From Catajapyx aquilonaris (taxonomy: Eukaryota): 33,924 nucleotides of DNA. Below are positions 22,066-33,924 of the stretch, one piece after another. Position 1 is the stretch's first letter. The number at the start of each line of letters is the position of its first letter. Location: NCBI GenBank assembly GCA_000934665.2, contig JYFJ02004235.1, positions 1-33,924 on the forward strand, in the 5' to 3' direction. The position numbers and the translations under genes were made by a program. The notes beneath the pieces are model-generated. The model saw nothing but the letters and a program-made list of their open reading frames with translations. It did no database searches and was not told the origin of the DNA.

Positions 22066-24321
22066 CCTAAATCATCCGGGATGTTGGGGACAGCCCTCCA
22101 AAGTGGTTTCTTTTAAAGGTTTTTCATTGGATATCCACTTGATCGTTCTCGGCTGCCAGGAATCCGTTTCAGTTCCACGGAAATACTGTATTTTGCTATC
22201 AACTTTACAGTATGAAAATACGGCTTAGCGCATCGGATTTTTTTTTTTACAAGGTGTATGCGAAATTAGTTTGCGGGATATTCATCGCATCTGGCATGAT
22301 TCTCTTATGGAGACGTATCCAACCTACACATTGTACAGTATAATCTCACTACAAGTAACCACTCAACTGTGTAAATGAAGCCACGCTCCGCCTAAAAACA
22401 AGGATTATTGTATTCATTTGAATATAAATATGCATGATCGTACAAAACCTCATTTAAAGGCAAAAATTTTGATGGCCCTTAATAACCCATGAAGCCTGCG
22501 CTTTGAGAAGGCTGCGCACATAATTAGAATCGGTACTACATTGCCTGCATTTTAAAATACTCATTAATATTTTACTTGACATGTAGCCTGTATGAAACCT
22601 TTCTCTGCATAACCTCCTGCCCACTCATCCTCCCCCAAAATGTATTTGTGCATAATATACAGGTAGACTAATTTTCCCTGGATGATCCTTTAGTGGTGAA
22701 GTAGTTTCAGTTTTGTCTTCATTATTCTTGTCTCTAATTACAACCTGTAATAAACGACGTTTTAGAGCAAGAGCAAACTTGCAAAGAGAAAGACTAAGAT
22801 TGTTTTAATGAGCTAGAATCTGGATTGTAAGGTAGGGGATGCCCGCGAGCAAATAATGGAATAAAATGCAAGAGTGTGCCTATGCAGCATAGTGTGTATA
22901 ATACAAAGAGGACGCACAAGGCTTTGTTTGATAAATTAGTGGCGAGGGCCCCCGAAAGACTTCACCTGCACCGTTTCAGTGGATGCCGACGTGATGTGTG
23001 GTTTGGTTTATTGATGTGCTTCCTGGGCATAAAATTACTGGTGACGTCAGTGGTTCCGCGTCTTCATTCATGAATAGTTTTTTTCGTACATGAACCGAAA
23101 TGCGTCATCAAAAAACTAACAGAAAGAATATAATATTACACTGTAGGAAGACTATACAGTCTGTTCCAACCGAATTATCCACAGTGTAATCACTTGTACT
23201 TTTTTTCGGTTCCTCAAGTGCTGTTGAGCTATGTAAACGTTTTATTTGTCTGGTAATTTTTAATATGTAAGTGCAATCTTGGCCTGAAAACGCGGCACCG
23301 GGAATCAAACACGGGACAACCCCGAAGGTGCCCGATGGGATCCATGTTTGTAATGAATATGCTCTCAATAAAGCTACCGCACCATCAACATTTTGGCACC
23401 CTGTGGTACATAGCATTATACGAATGAGAGTTGAGCCTCACACAGCATGTATATAGCGGTGTTGTTATGATTGCTGTTATTCATAACGCACAATGGATAC
23501 GGGGGCATTGTTTGGCTTATAATCGGCGGCAGCCTAGGCATTGTTTGTTTGCTACGCTTTCGTCAGTGTAAGAGAGTCTGGAACAAAAGAAAGGCTCCAG
23601 CCTGTTAACTCCAAACCCCCATAGCGATTTCATGAGAGGATTCTACGGGTTTGAAAGAGTATCCAGTTCTAGAAGGATCATGGCTCCTGCTGTGACGTCA
23701 TAAAACGAAGGCAAAGAAACAACTCTTTTCAAAGCCCTCTCTACTATAATCGTACTAACTTGTGTGCTGGGTCTGCATCGGTATACTATATAAGCTTTTC
23801 TGAATGATTCACAACCTGTCTTTGAGAAACACGTATGATACACTGAATTAGCTCTTGTTATGACTTATGACACTTGTGGATGATCATTGGCCTTGTGTCG
23901 GCAGAAATAACGATCTCTCGAACATAACAATAACTCATGTGACGTCATGGCAGCGGGTTGAATGAGCGACTTCTGATACAGAAGGCACGTGGCCAAGGGA
24001 AGCTTGGCTAGCTAATTATTGTCTATTGATAGATACTGGCACCGAATTTGTCGCAGGAAGGGCAAACATGGCCACTATTGGCATCAAAATGTTAATGGAA
24101 AATCTAGGCAGCATGCTGGCCTCGGAGCCTGTCTGCTGACCCGGTTGTTGCAATTCGTTGGTCAATTTACACCGTGTCAAAATATATGGATTTAGGTCGA
24201 TGACGTCAATCAACTCAGGAGTTACTACTGTCATAGAGGCTATGTCAGGTACAATGAATAATTTTTATGGATTCGATGGAATAATATTCAAGTATGGTCC
24301 CAGGTCTAACTGCTGAAGTTT

Positions 24322-24776
24322 TTTTCAACTTTTTAAAAATTTTACCCCGTGATAGGCCTACATAGGCCCTGTTGGGGGGTGTGGGGTGGTACACCACCAT
24401 CAATTTTCTCGTACTATTTTCTTTCCTCCGGTGCAAGGGGACAGGATAGGGATAATGAGGGGGGGTGGACACCAGTGCAAGTGCAATGTCTCAAGTTGGG
24501 GGTCGTGTGCAGTCCCCCAGGGGGTCAGGTTGCAAGATACCTCCTAGATGCGGGCCACAAAACCCGCACTGACACCGCACCTCCTCATGGACGGGACAAG
24601 GATAGGAAAGGAAGGAAGCGGCTGTGGCCTATTATTTAGGAAGAAACCCCGGAATTCTCCTGGGTGGACGGTGGGAAACCACAGAAAACTACGGTTAGGA
24701 TTGCCGGTCCCAGGGCTAGAACCCAGGACCTCCCGATTAGCAGTCGGACGCCTTATCCACTCCACCAAACTGCTTC
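24322..24776 (-). mobile_element. Composite SINE: family B 5' unit fused to a family A unit lacking its B box
   Basis: 24586-24776 is family B head and core. 24330-24585 is family A body and tail. One TSD GGTCTAACTG(C/T)TGAAGTTT at 24303-24321 and 24777-24795 brackets both. Confidence 0.88.
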
Positions 24777-25861
24777 GGTCTAACTGTTGAAGTTTGACCA
24801 CCTGAGTCATCGTCTACAGTACATTATTGTACTAAATATCATACCCTGGTAGTAAACGCTAACATATGCAGATTTATTATTTTTCACTGCCTTTTAGGCA
24901 TATTAATAATTTCCTGGTCCATTGAAATATTATTGGAAAAAGCTGGATGCTTTCTACATAAGGTATCATTAATATGTAACATTTATTAATTTTCTGGACA
25001 AAAAGTGGTGCTATAGTCACATCTTCGGCTCATTTGTCTTGCGTTTTTGAGACCAATTCTTATTGATCGAAACCGTTGTATGTAGGCGGAAGATATTGAA
25101 CCAATATAATAATATTGTTCGTGTAGCATGGTATAAACTGATAAACCGAGTACAACCAGACAACTGTAACACTGCCTTGTGTTTCACGAGACACTTGGCT
25201 GTACTGTACATAATTTAAATTTGGGGTCGAGGATATTTACCTGTCAGACAAGCTGCAATATGTCGATTGACACATGCATGACACACGCGAGGGCACACAT
25301 CCTGCGGTTCACTTTCGTGCAGTGTGTCATTAGACTCACTAGAAAAGTGTCATAGCCTTGTGACATACGAAGTATAATTTATTAAGGCATACACATTCTT
25401 TATGTAACTTATATCAAGTGACGCACATGCTTCTTTGTGTATGATCACACATGACACACATGACCATTCATTGTGCATAGCGTAGACACTGGGAGACATT
25501 AGAGGTGTAGGCTATTTGTTCCGGCGTGAATTCAATAGTAATGGCGCGGGGGTTTCAATGAATTGCCGTATTCCCCACGCATCAGCGCGTGGCTTCCGAC
25601 CTTGACCTTCCGTCCTGGGTTTACCTTACATTGAAGTAAAACTGTTTTTACACCCGGAGTCGTGTTTTTTTCCATCCGTGAATCTGTACATCGCTACTGC
25701 AGTTTCCCTTTAAGTCAACGTTAGTTTCAACCCTATATGCCTTTAGCACACGGTATATGCAACCAACATTTGGGTTTTTATCCATTAAAATCGCAGCAAA
25801 ATACAAATTTACAACTCAAATATTTTAATGCGAGGCAGTATAATAGTTATTATGACTTTTA

Positions 25862-26757
25862 TGGCCGGTTGTATCAACGCGAGTTAAATGGGGAGAAAAT
25901 TAGAAGTTTTGGAACCCTTGTTGGAACCGGAGGTTTTCAAAAAACCGACATGCATTGTATGAATAACATCTCAGATGAACTTAACCTGTGGATTGAAAAC
26001 ATTGAAAACTTGTTCTATTACCTCAGGGCCCCTTCCAATTTCATCCTTCGCTCACAGCTGCGGTAGACCACTGGCTGGAAATATCACGTGACGTGTACAG
26101 TCGGTTAAAGGATTTCCTTACCACATATGAGGCGAAGAAGTTAGCCTCCAACGGAGGTGCTGCCTCCTCCTGATGAAATGACTCGCACTCCCCTAGCTAT
26201 AACCTCTGTTGGAGGTTAATTTCTTCGCCTCATGTGGTAAGGAAATCCTTCAACCGACTGTACGTCACACAACCAAATGCCATGTGATCAAACAAACATG
26301 GAAGCCCCCACAGAGAGCCGCCATCTTTAATTCGAATGTCGGGGAGTCACTGACCCCATCGGCAGTGGTCACTTCTCCGGGCAAAAAAAGAAGGTCTTTG
26401 GCTCCTGAACCATGCCAGCCTTTTTTCGGGGCGGTTTCGACCCGGTGTAGTTCCGAGTGTATCCCCGCCCCGGTCCTTTGTGCAGCCCCCGGCTACAATT
26501 ATTTTAGAGGCAGGTATTCCGTGCCTATTCACCTGATAATGCGCTCAAAATCTACTCGATAAGTCGAAACGAGTTCGAACGAGAAAACCACAGGTTTTCT
26601 TCCTTAACCCGAGAAAATCGGGATGGATGTGTTCATCCGAGATTTAACTGCAGGTTTTCGCGAACTCGCGTTGATACAACGAGTTTCATTGTTAATAACG
26701 GATTTTATGCCTAGTGCCCACAGGTTTAGAGAACACCTGCTTTGATACAACTGGCCC
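25862..26757. mobile_element. PIF/Harbinger non-autonomous element
   Basis: TTA-(T)GGCCGGTTGTATCAA ... TTGATACAACTGGCCC-TTA (TWA TSD). An additional subterminal AACTCGCGTTGATACAAC near 26663-26680 mirrors the left end. Confidence 0.8.
26098..26260. mobile_element. TA-flanked palindromic MITE nested in the Harbinger element
   Basis: TA-CAGTCGGTTAAAGGATTTCCTTACCACA pairs with TGTGGTAAGGAAATCCTTCAACCGACTG-TA. Arms are ~60 bp. Confidence 0.9.
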
Positions 26758-27047
26758 TTATACTACCAAGCGTTTCTAAACAACCTGACCTATTCATTAT
26801 GCTTGTAAAATACCACATCAGCGTAATACATAGAGGCAGAGAACCCCCATTCTGAGTAGCAAAGCCCTCTGGGATTTTGTCGTAAAAGTTATGGCTGAGG
26901 TGGACAAAGACTGGGCAAAAAGGTCTAAAATAATATCAGGTTTGGTATCACGGATTCTTCCAAATGCCATCTTCGGTAAGCACTTCTTGCAAATGCCCTG
27001 CCCCATTGGTACGCGATTACATATTAGGAGGGTATGTTTGCATTTAA

Positions 27048-27266
27048 AATGCTGATCAAAATGTTCAGGACAACTAGTTAGGTATGCAAATTTAAAAGCA
27101 GTAAAGGACGCGGATGATAATGGCGGCTTGGAACATCTCCACTTGGGATACTAATAGTGTCGCGGTAGCGCGATTCGGACACGTTCCAAATCGCCTTATT
27201 TATCGCTATCTTTTACTGTCTTTTAATTTATACTAATGAGTAGCACTGAACAATCTGATCAACATT
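27048..27266. repeat. Degenerate palindrome (old MITE)
   Basis: ATGCTGATCAAAATGTTCAG...CAGTAAAGGA...TTGGAACATCTCC pairs imperfectly with GGACACGTTCCAA...TCTTTTACTG...CTGAACAATCTGATCAACAT. Confidence 0.7.
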
Positions 27267-27630
27267 ATCCAGAGGACATACTGATATGCTACATCAGTGA
27301 GACATTTCTCAGTCCTTACCGGATTGTCCGGATATCGCTTTTTGGACAATAGATGTTAACCAGATTCACTATTTATAACTTTTTACCCGAACTTGTGCCT
27401 CAGCAACAACATTCCAAACTTATCTGATGTCCTGGATTGTATAGCATTAGCAGATGAATGCCTCTATATCTCGTGGATTTTTCTGAAGTTTTTTTCGGCT
27501 GCCAACCCTGGGATATAGGTGGAGGCGAATGGTGAGGACCTCGCGGGTCGCGAATTTATCATTTTATATCGCAAACGTCGATCATAGTGTCATCACGGAC
27601 CCGTGCCGTCGTAGGAGCAGTGTGATGTAA

Positions 27631-27745
27631 ATAGCAGCTATACTTTGTAATAATTTTTATAGCAGTAGCACTTACTGACCATTAACTACTACTCAGTAGC
27701 AGCTATTGTTAAACTGCTATTTTTGTTACTCAGTAGCAGCTATTT
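27631..27745 (+). repeat. Short degenerate tandem repeat (TAGCAGCTA units)
   Basis: TACTCAGTAGCAGCTATT occurs twice, with further TAGCAG motifs nearby. Confidence 0.6.
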
Positions 27746-27957
27746 CTGTTCTTGTGAAGTGCACCATTCAGACCTGATGTATAGAATAATGTACATTAAA
27801 TAACTTTCCAAGTTGATGAAAAAAAACCATTTTTAAGCATATTAAAATAATGTCTGCCCTGATAGATTGAGAATTTAATAATTGTTTTGTCAATTTTTAT
27901 CAAGGTTATTGCTTGGGTCTCTAGAGACCTCTTAGACCTCTAGAGACCGAAGAATTG

Positions 27958-28091
27958 CTACCCTACATCCTGAAGTCCTTGCACGGTGATTGAAGAAAAA
28001 CAAGTTTGAAAACTGATGGTGGTGTGCCACCCCCCTATAACGACTTATAGTTGTATCGCGGGGTAAAATGACAAATAAATAAATAAATAAA
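27958..28091 (+). mobile_element. 5'-truncated family A SINE (3' part only)
   Basis: CCTTGCACGGTGATTGAAGAAAAA matches ~1591-1614. GAAAACTGATGGTGGTGTGCCACCCCCCTA matches ~12230-12259. Ends GGGGTA plus (AAAT)n. No clear TSD. Confidence 0.85.
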
Positions 28092-29103
28092 TGTACAAAT
28101 ACAGAGAACTGTTTTTCATTAATTCTTTGTTAAATGTTAACAAAGCATTAATAGAAAACAACCACTGATCTGCATTTGTACACATTCACATTGATCAAAA
28201 TTCGTCTAGTTAATAAAAATATCACGTAGGTGTTCCATGTTTTGAACAATCCACCCAACGATGTAGGGTTAAAGCTCTTACATACTGAAACATTGAAAAG
28301 GTACTGCTTTCAGTATGCATGTAGATCCGTCACCAAGAAGCTAGCTAGGTGGAAATATGCAGTATTCATGCGTTATGGCCGCATGTCGTATAGGGGAACA
28401 GAAGCCATCTGAGACCAAGTCCAAATCGGCCTTAATTATTCCAGTGATAGAGTTTAAAACGTAATTACGTAGGGCAAGCGGTGCAACCGGACTGCGCTTG
28501 CCCAATTAGTGGACTGTGTGGCAGAAACTGCTGGATTCGTCGTCGTCCTCTGCTTGCAGGTCACACTATGTGCTGCCACCATAATTGCTATCGACTCTGG
28601 GAGAGACCTAATCAACATTAGGGCCCGCCGTGTTGAATTAATTGGACAGCATCTGTTTTCGTCATTAGACACGACACGAAGGGCATCATGAATGCTTCTT
28701 AACAGACTCGGCTGCGGAATAGGCATCATTCGGGGCATGAATAGGGCAATTTTCAAGTCGATACAAGTTAGACAAGGCCTCCTCTAGGGAGACTGATTTG
28801 TATAACTTCCCTTGACACTGCTGTGACCGTCAAAATCCTCATAATCTACTGCTTTTTACAGCAGTTCATTTACTCTCACAAGCAACTCACAAGCCACCAA
28901 ATAATCCCTGACATTGAAGAACGATATAGGCCTACCTCAAGCCTTGCCTCATCTTGATATACTGTACACTCTCCCAGTGAGATCTAAATGCCGCTACTAT
29001 TTTAATTAACAGTCGAGGCCAAACAGAAATATCTCATTGATTTCTAATACCAGATTAATATTACACGCCACTTTCAACTGCATGAACTACTTTTATTTAG
29101 CTA

Positions 29104-29539
29104 TTTTAGACTTTTTCTCATCATCGAAAAAAAGTCTTACAGAACGGCTGTCCGTCCGTCTGTGGACATGTGTCAGGGCCTAAACCGCCAGAGATAGCGG
29201 CAAACTGTTTTCAGATTCTGATTAAGAGTGACCAAAACAGGTGTCATGGTCAACTTCCGGTCACCCGCCACTTCAAAATTCCGGGTTCACTAGATCATCA
29301 CAAGTAGTCTACTTTACGGGGGGGTTATCGTTGGATTTCGAAATTAGTTTCCCTGGGTTCCTGACCATGTGTGTCGTGGATTTACCGTGGATTTTACCTG
29401 GCGCTCTGGCACCTTAGGGGCTATGCAATTAATTTCTGAAGTTGAACCGGGTTGCGATGCAAGTCCTCGGCCGTTTCACAATGGAAAGAATGAGATAAGG
29501 TCTACTCTAATCACGCTCACGCGATTTGCCAATCTTGTT
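29104..29539 (+). mobile_element. DINE-1-like / Helentron-associated interspersed element
   Basis: T-run, then subTIR TAGACTTT with nearby inverted AAAGTCT (29131). GTCY microsatellite CTGTCCGTCCGTCTGT (29148-29163). 3' subTIR AAGGTCTA (29497), hairpin AATCACGCTCACGCGATT (29509-29526), and end CTTGTT. Confidence 0.75.
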
Positions 29540-30705
29540 TGTCAATTGTACAAGTGTACAAGTTGTACAAGTGAGGAGGTCAGCAGTTGATGCCATGTTG
29601 ATGCTATACCACTGAACCATTTAGTACGCGTATTAGTAATGCTGAAATTCAGTATAAGACAGGTATTTAGGTGGTAGGCTTACTAGAAGCCATGACTTGC
29701 AAAACGGTATTCTAAAAGTAATAATTACTAATATATAATCTATATAATCTATTCGCATGGGTATCTATCAGTAGTGATATAGATGGCACTTAGCGACTTA
29801 GGTTTAATGGTGATGAAGAGTAAATAAGTCCGAGCTGAGGATTTTTGAAAATTGCTTCTTACCAGTTGAAAGTGGAAGAGGGGCAACGCCAACGTGTAGC
29901 ATTTTTCTATACATAACAAAGTTACGTCTTCGCATTTTCTGGTTATTGACAATTAATGTGATAGTGTAGTAACCTTTGATGAAGGCAGTGATTACCAACT
30001 GTTATCACGAATTGACTGTTTCAGAAACTGTATTATTTAGATTCCATATGTGATATTCTAGGAACCTGACGTCATTCATGTAGGTTAGGTCCATGTATGC
30101 AACAGAATTTTTGTTCTGGACAAAGGAAAACCAGTGATGGCATTAGATGTGGACATAGACTACTTATGGCGCATGAAACTGCTTAATAAGGACACGAAAG
30201 ACTGGTGCTCTTTTGCCCACCAATGCTACCCATTTTATTGGTTAATTATTTACTGATGATATACGATCTAACAAAAAATTACCCTAATCATGAGCAGTGG
30301 GCGTGTGCAAGTAAATAAATAATACGCCATTAGTAGCAGCAAAATTGCTCCGAGTAGTTAGCATTTTTTGGGGAACTATAAGGGGCTCATTAATGTTATT
30401 ATTAACTAGTTACTTTTGCAGAGTTAACCGAAGAACCCATCAAGGTGTTTTCAAAAGCATTACTTTGCTGGAGTTTCTAGGTCAAAATAATGAAGCATCT
30501 TTTCCGACCCTGAATTGCAATGAATGCTTGAGATTATTCCAATTGATAATGACCAATTTGGGACCACTGGTATCCGAGGTCGATGAGCGTCTTTGTATGG
30601 GGAATTACTCGTAAATGCAAGTTTAGCCTACGTCTCAGCTAAATGTCATGTTTGCGACACACTCATAGTAATAAATTTAATAACCATTTTGTATACTGGG
30701 TTTCG

Positions 30706-30708
<3 letters not shown>

Positions 30709-30763
<55 letters not shown>

Positions 30764-30803
30764 TGATGATGATGATGATGATGATCATGATGATGATAAT
30801 AAT
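30709..30803. repeat. Compound microsatellite (ATA)n(ATG)n forming the tail of SINE B
   Basis: Directly visible. It lies inside the SINE's TSD pair. Confidence 0.97.
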
Positions 30804-31086
30804 TCATACCCGTTATCAGCCAGCGGCTCTTTAGGGGAGGAGTTCATCCCAATTTTGTTTTGACTGGAACTTTTTGCTTTCATTTTACTTTGATTTTGGG
30901 GATAGGATAGGGACGGAAGGAAGCGGCAGTGGCCTATTAATTACGGAAACAACTCCGGAATTTTCCTGGGAGGACCGTGGGAAACCACAGAAAACCACGG
31001 TCAGGCTCGCCGGCCCCGGGATTCGAACCCAGGACCTCCCGATTAGCAGTCGGACGCCTTATCCACTATGCCAACCTGCTTCGGTA
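30714..31086 (-). mobile_element. tRNA-derived SINE, family B, with long trinucleotide tail
   Basis: Minus strand reads TGGCATAGTGG (A box), GGTTCGAATCC (B box), then core GGTTTTCTGTGGTTTCCC...AGGCCACTGCCGCTTCCTTCC, which resembles insect SINE cores as I recall them. 16-bp TSD GGGTTTCGTATATAAT at 30698-30713 and 31087-31102. Confidence 0.95.
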
Positions 31087-32825
31087 GGGTTTCGTATATA
31101 ATGCAAGCGGTTGGATTAGTATCAACATTATTTTGATAATATGCTATCTTTCTAACTAGCATATTTCGAAATCATTTGTGTGTGGCTGTAATCGTCCTCA
31201 ATTTCAGGTAATACTTGTTTTTGTTTGCTTTAAATTCTTTAAGCTGATGTAAGTTCATTTTAATCGGATTTTCAAATAATCATGGGTTTAAGAGGGCTTA
31301 AAGACGGTTTGAAGCAAAATGTTTATAGGATTTTAAAAGATTCTTTCGAATCTAGCCTATTGTTTAGTAAACCTACGTTCAAGTCGCTATAATTTTATAC
31401 CATTATTTTCATATGTGCCCCACCAAGCATCTGTAGTGCTGGTATAGGGCCTAGAAACTGGTGTAGCAGCAGGGACCTGAAGCCTGAGCAATGAGTTTGT
31501 TCGCAAATGAAATCACTCTAAGTAACGAAGACAACAAGGGAGTGAAAATGCTCTCCAAGAGTTTCCTCTGAAACTAAGATCCAGCACAAGGTGCACCCGT
31601 TTATATATATTTTTCCATGCCTCTTGACCTTTCTTTTCGTGACCGTATTTCCTCGTTCCGGGCACAGTAGGCCAGTTGTGATGAGGCACTCACCAAAACC
31701 AATCTCCTCACCAAAACGAAAAGTTCCACTCGAAGACATTTGTGTCCAAAATTGCAATGTCGAGGTGGGCAAATAAATGAGGGAAAAAAGTAAGTTGCGT
31801 GTGGGGTGGGCCATTGATCGGCGGCGATGAATTCGCGAAAATGCTGTTATCTGCGTCGCACTCAGGCCTATGCTTCCAGGGCTTGAATCGATTACTTGGT
31901 GCTTTGCAAAGCCACGTAAATTATGCATACTCGCCTCCCATTTACACACGGCTTCATTCTCAGTGTGGTACAAGGTGACCCATAAGTCTTACCGCACATT
32001 TGCACCGCCTAATTGATGACACAGGGGCACTACTTTTCATCGTCACATAGAAGCTTGTGATAAACTGTGACACATATGCGCTAAATACACTCATCAAATT
32101 ATTCATTATTACAGTACACAGGTGAAAGTGACTTCGCATTAAATATTACTAAACATTGCACAATTAGTGAAATCAAATAAAGCACGCCAGACCAGCCATT
32201 AATTATATCTAATTGTATTCGAAATTGAAGTGTCATAGGTTTTATGAAGAAGTGATTTGTTAGGTTTAAAACCACTATTTTATAGTGAACTTTCCTGAAA
32301 CTGTGATCCAAAATTTGCGATCCAGCAGTTCACATAGGTGTAGCCTAACTTTTAATATGAAAATCAGCTTTAAAAGTTTCATAAATTGAATGCGACATGG
32401 GTAAACATGTCCGTGACCTCTGCTGATGACCTCTCCTAGCAGATGAGGCCGAATTAGTTAGAGGCATGGTGGGCTCTAGTGTGCGAGGAAGTTTGGCGCT
32501 GTGAAAGGCTCTGAAAATGGAAAATTAAATATGAATGCAGAGCAGAAACGACTTTTCCATCTGGTATTCTGCGTGTCTACTCCAACGTGCGCCCCTCACT
32601 CAAAGTGCATAGTTTCAGCTCTGACAACTCTAAACTTGATTAAGCCCTTAACTTATATGAAGAAAATTTTTAAAGTTCTTTTTTATCGACTAACGACGCA
32701 CGACAAATATGGGACCTGTGGGATTTAACGGAGCAAATCAGTATAGGCCCTATCAATAATAAGTAGTAGGCTAAGCTTCACTAGTATCAAGAGCTAGCTA
32801 GTATACACACAGTACAGTATAGATC

Positions 32826-32984
32826 GGGCGGCATGGTGGTGTAGTGTTTAGCGCCAAACCCTTCCACATCTAAGGTCCCGAGTTCGATCCCCGGATTGGA
32901 CAGAGGATACTTATGTGGATAGAATTTCGATAGGTTCTCTCCGTACAGTACTGAGTGTCCGTGTTCGTGTTGTGAGTTTCCTCC
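32826..32984 (+). mobile_element. Family C SINE, 3'-truncated and diverged
   Basis: CCTTCCACATCTAAGGTCCCGAGTTCGATCCCCGG and GGATACTTATGTGGATAGA match the reverse complement of ~5280-5440. Confidence 0.85.
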
Positions 32985-32989
32985 AATTT

Positions 32990-33079
32990 TTCTAAAACTC
33001 GTCGGAAAATTCGGGGGGCCCTTTGCTCGGGGGCCCTGGTGCAGTCGCACCACCTGCACCTATGGTAGTTACGCCTCTG
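32990..33079 (-). mobile_element. One end of a hAT-type MITE
   Basis: Minus strand begins CAGAGGCGTAACTACCATAGGTGCAGGTGGTGCGACTGCACCAGGGCCCCC, a common hAT MITE terminus pattern. The other end is not found. Confidence 0.65.
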
Positions 33080-33924
33080 TGGCCTATTTATCCTTGTAAC
33101 GGCTACTAATATTAGCCTACTACTTTTCTTGTGAATCTGGGAATTTTATGGGTTCAAGTTAATTAAAAAAAATTAAAAGACAGAAATCTACTGACTGGAA
33201 TGAGTAAATGATTTGTAGAAATGTCATGTATTAGTGACATATTTTATTAGCCGACTGTAGGCCTACACACCTTGTTTCTCTGACAACTCTGGGATTGAAT
33301 AGACGATTGTAACATCACCTGTTTTGCTGCATCAGTCACAATAATCGATGAAAAACACAAGTCCTACGCGATAATTCCATTTCACGGTATCATATTATTT
33401 TCTGGAAGGTGGTATAGGTACTATCGGGTTCAAATACTTTTGGCCACTTCATCTTGGTCATGAAGCAACCCTTCGTAGTGGAAGCGGTACAACAGGAAAC
33501 ACGGTCATATGCTGCAAAATCTTGCAGAAAGCAAGCCACTTTGCACAGACGTTCTATAGACCAAGACGATCAATTTGACCCGCAGCACCCTGTCCCCTGA
33601 CCTTGTGGGGTCAAATGGCGGCCATTTTTATTTATTTTTTGTAAATTCCAAATTGCCTCTCCATGGCAATGTTGGTGTCATTTCCGCATATTTCGAGGTC
33701 GACAAGTCGATTGGTAACATGAAGGAGGTCATAAGGTCACTAGTTTGTGACATATGACCTCCGTCTTGAAATTACCCTACTGGGCTATGTCGAATGGTAT
33801 TTTCGACTAAAAGGTGGCATGTGAGGGATCGTTTAGATATAATTTGATGTCACTGAAACCGAAAACGACAATAAAAATTCGGAATAATGCATCCGATGAC
33901 CAGTGGGGCGCCATATTGGGTTTC

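Noticed and set aside
26167..26200. CTGATGA in the MITE loop as a possible hammerhead ribozyme core
   Set aside because: No stem II followed by GAAA is present, so the catalytic core is incomplete.
30643..30834. ORF with poly-Ile/poly-Met
   Set aside because: It is a translation of the SINE-tail microsatellite.
31518..31973. Longest ORF in the track (151 aa)
   Set aside because: It has a non-ATG start, non-coding-like composition and no recognisable homology. A length like this is plausible by chance.
1350..32984. Several tRNA-like sequences with A and B boxes
   Set aside because: They lack proper acceptor stems and continue into shared bodies and tails, mostly with TSDs. They are SINE heads, not tRNA genes.

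Overview
Eukaryotic, repeat-dense non-coding DNA, probably arthropod (inferred from the SINE and transposon types). It looks intronic or intergenic. I found no intact protein-coding gene, real tRNA/rRNA gene or CRISPR array, and the ORF track is almost all noise. The window contains: (i) about 11 tRNA-derived SINE copies from four families (labelled A-D here), eight of them with 11-19 bp target-site duplications; (ii) many non-autonomous DNA transposons, often nested (Tc1/mariner and pogo MITEs, hAT, PIF/Harbinger, an Academ-like fold-back with ~150-bp subterminal repeats, a DINE-1/Helentron-like element); (iii) decayed mariner-superfamily transposase fragments. The most notable signal is a 3' RNA module shared by all four SINE families: usually GGTGG-N4-CCACC, then CCCCTA-[variable hairpin]-GGGGTA. 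Its inner stem changes sequence between copies but keeps its pairing. There is also a B+A composite SINE enclosed by one TSD. Family and superfamily names come from recalled terminal and TSD signatures, not from database searches.
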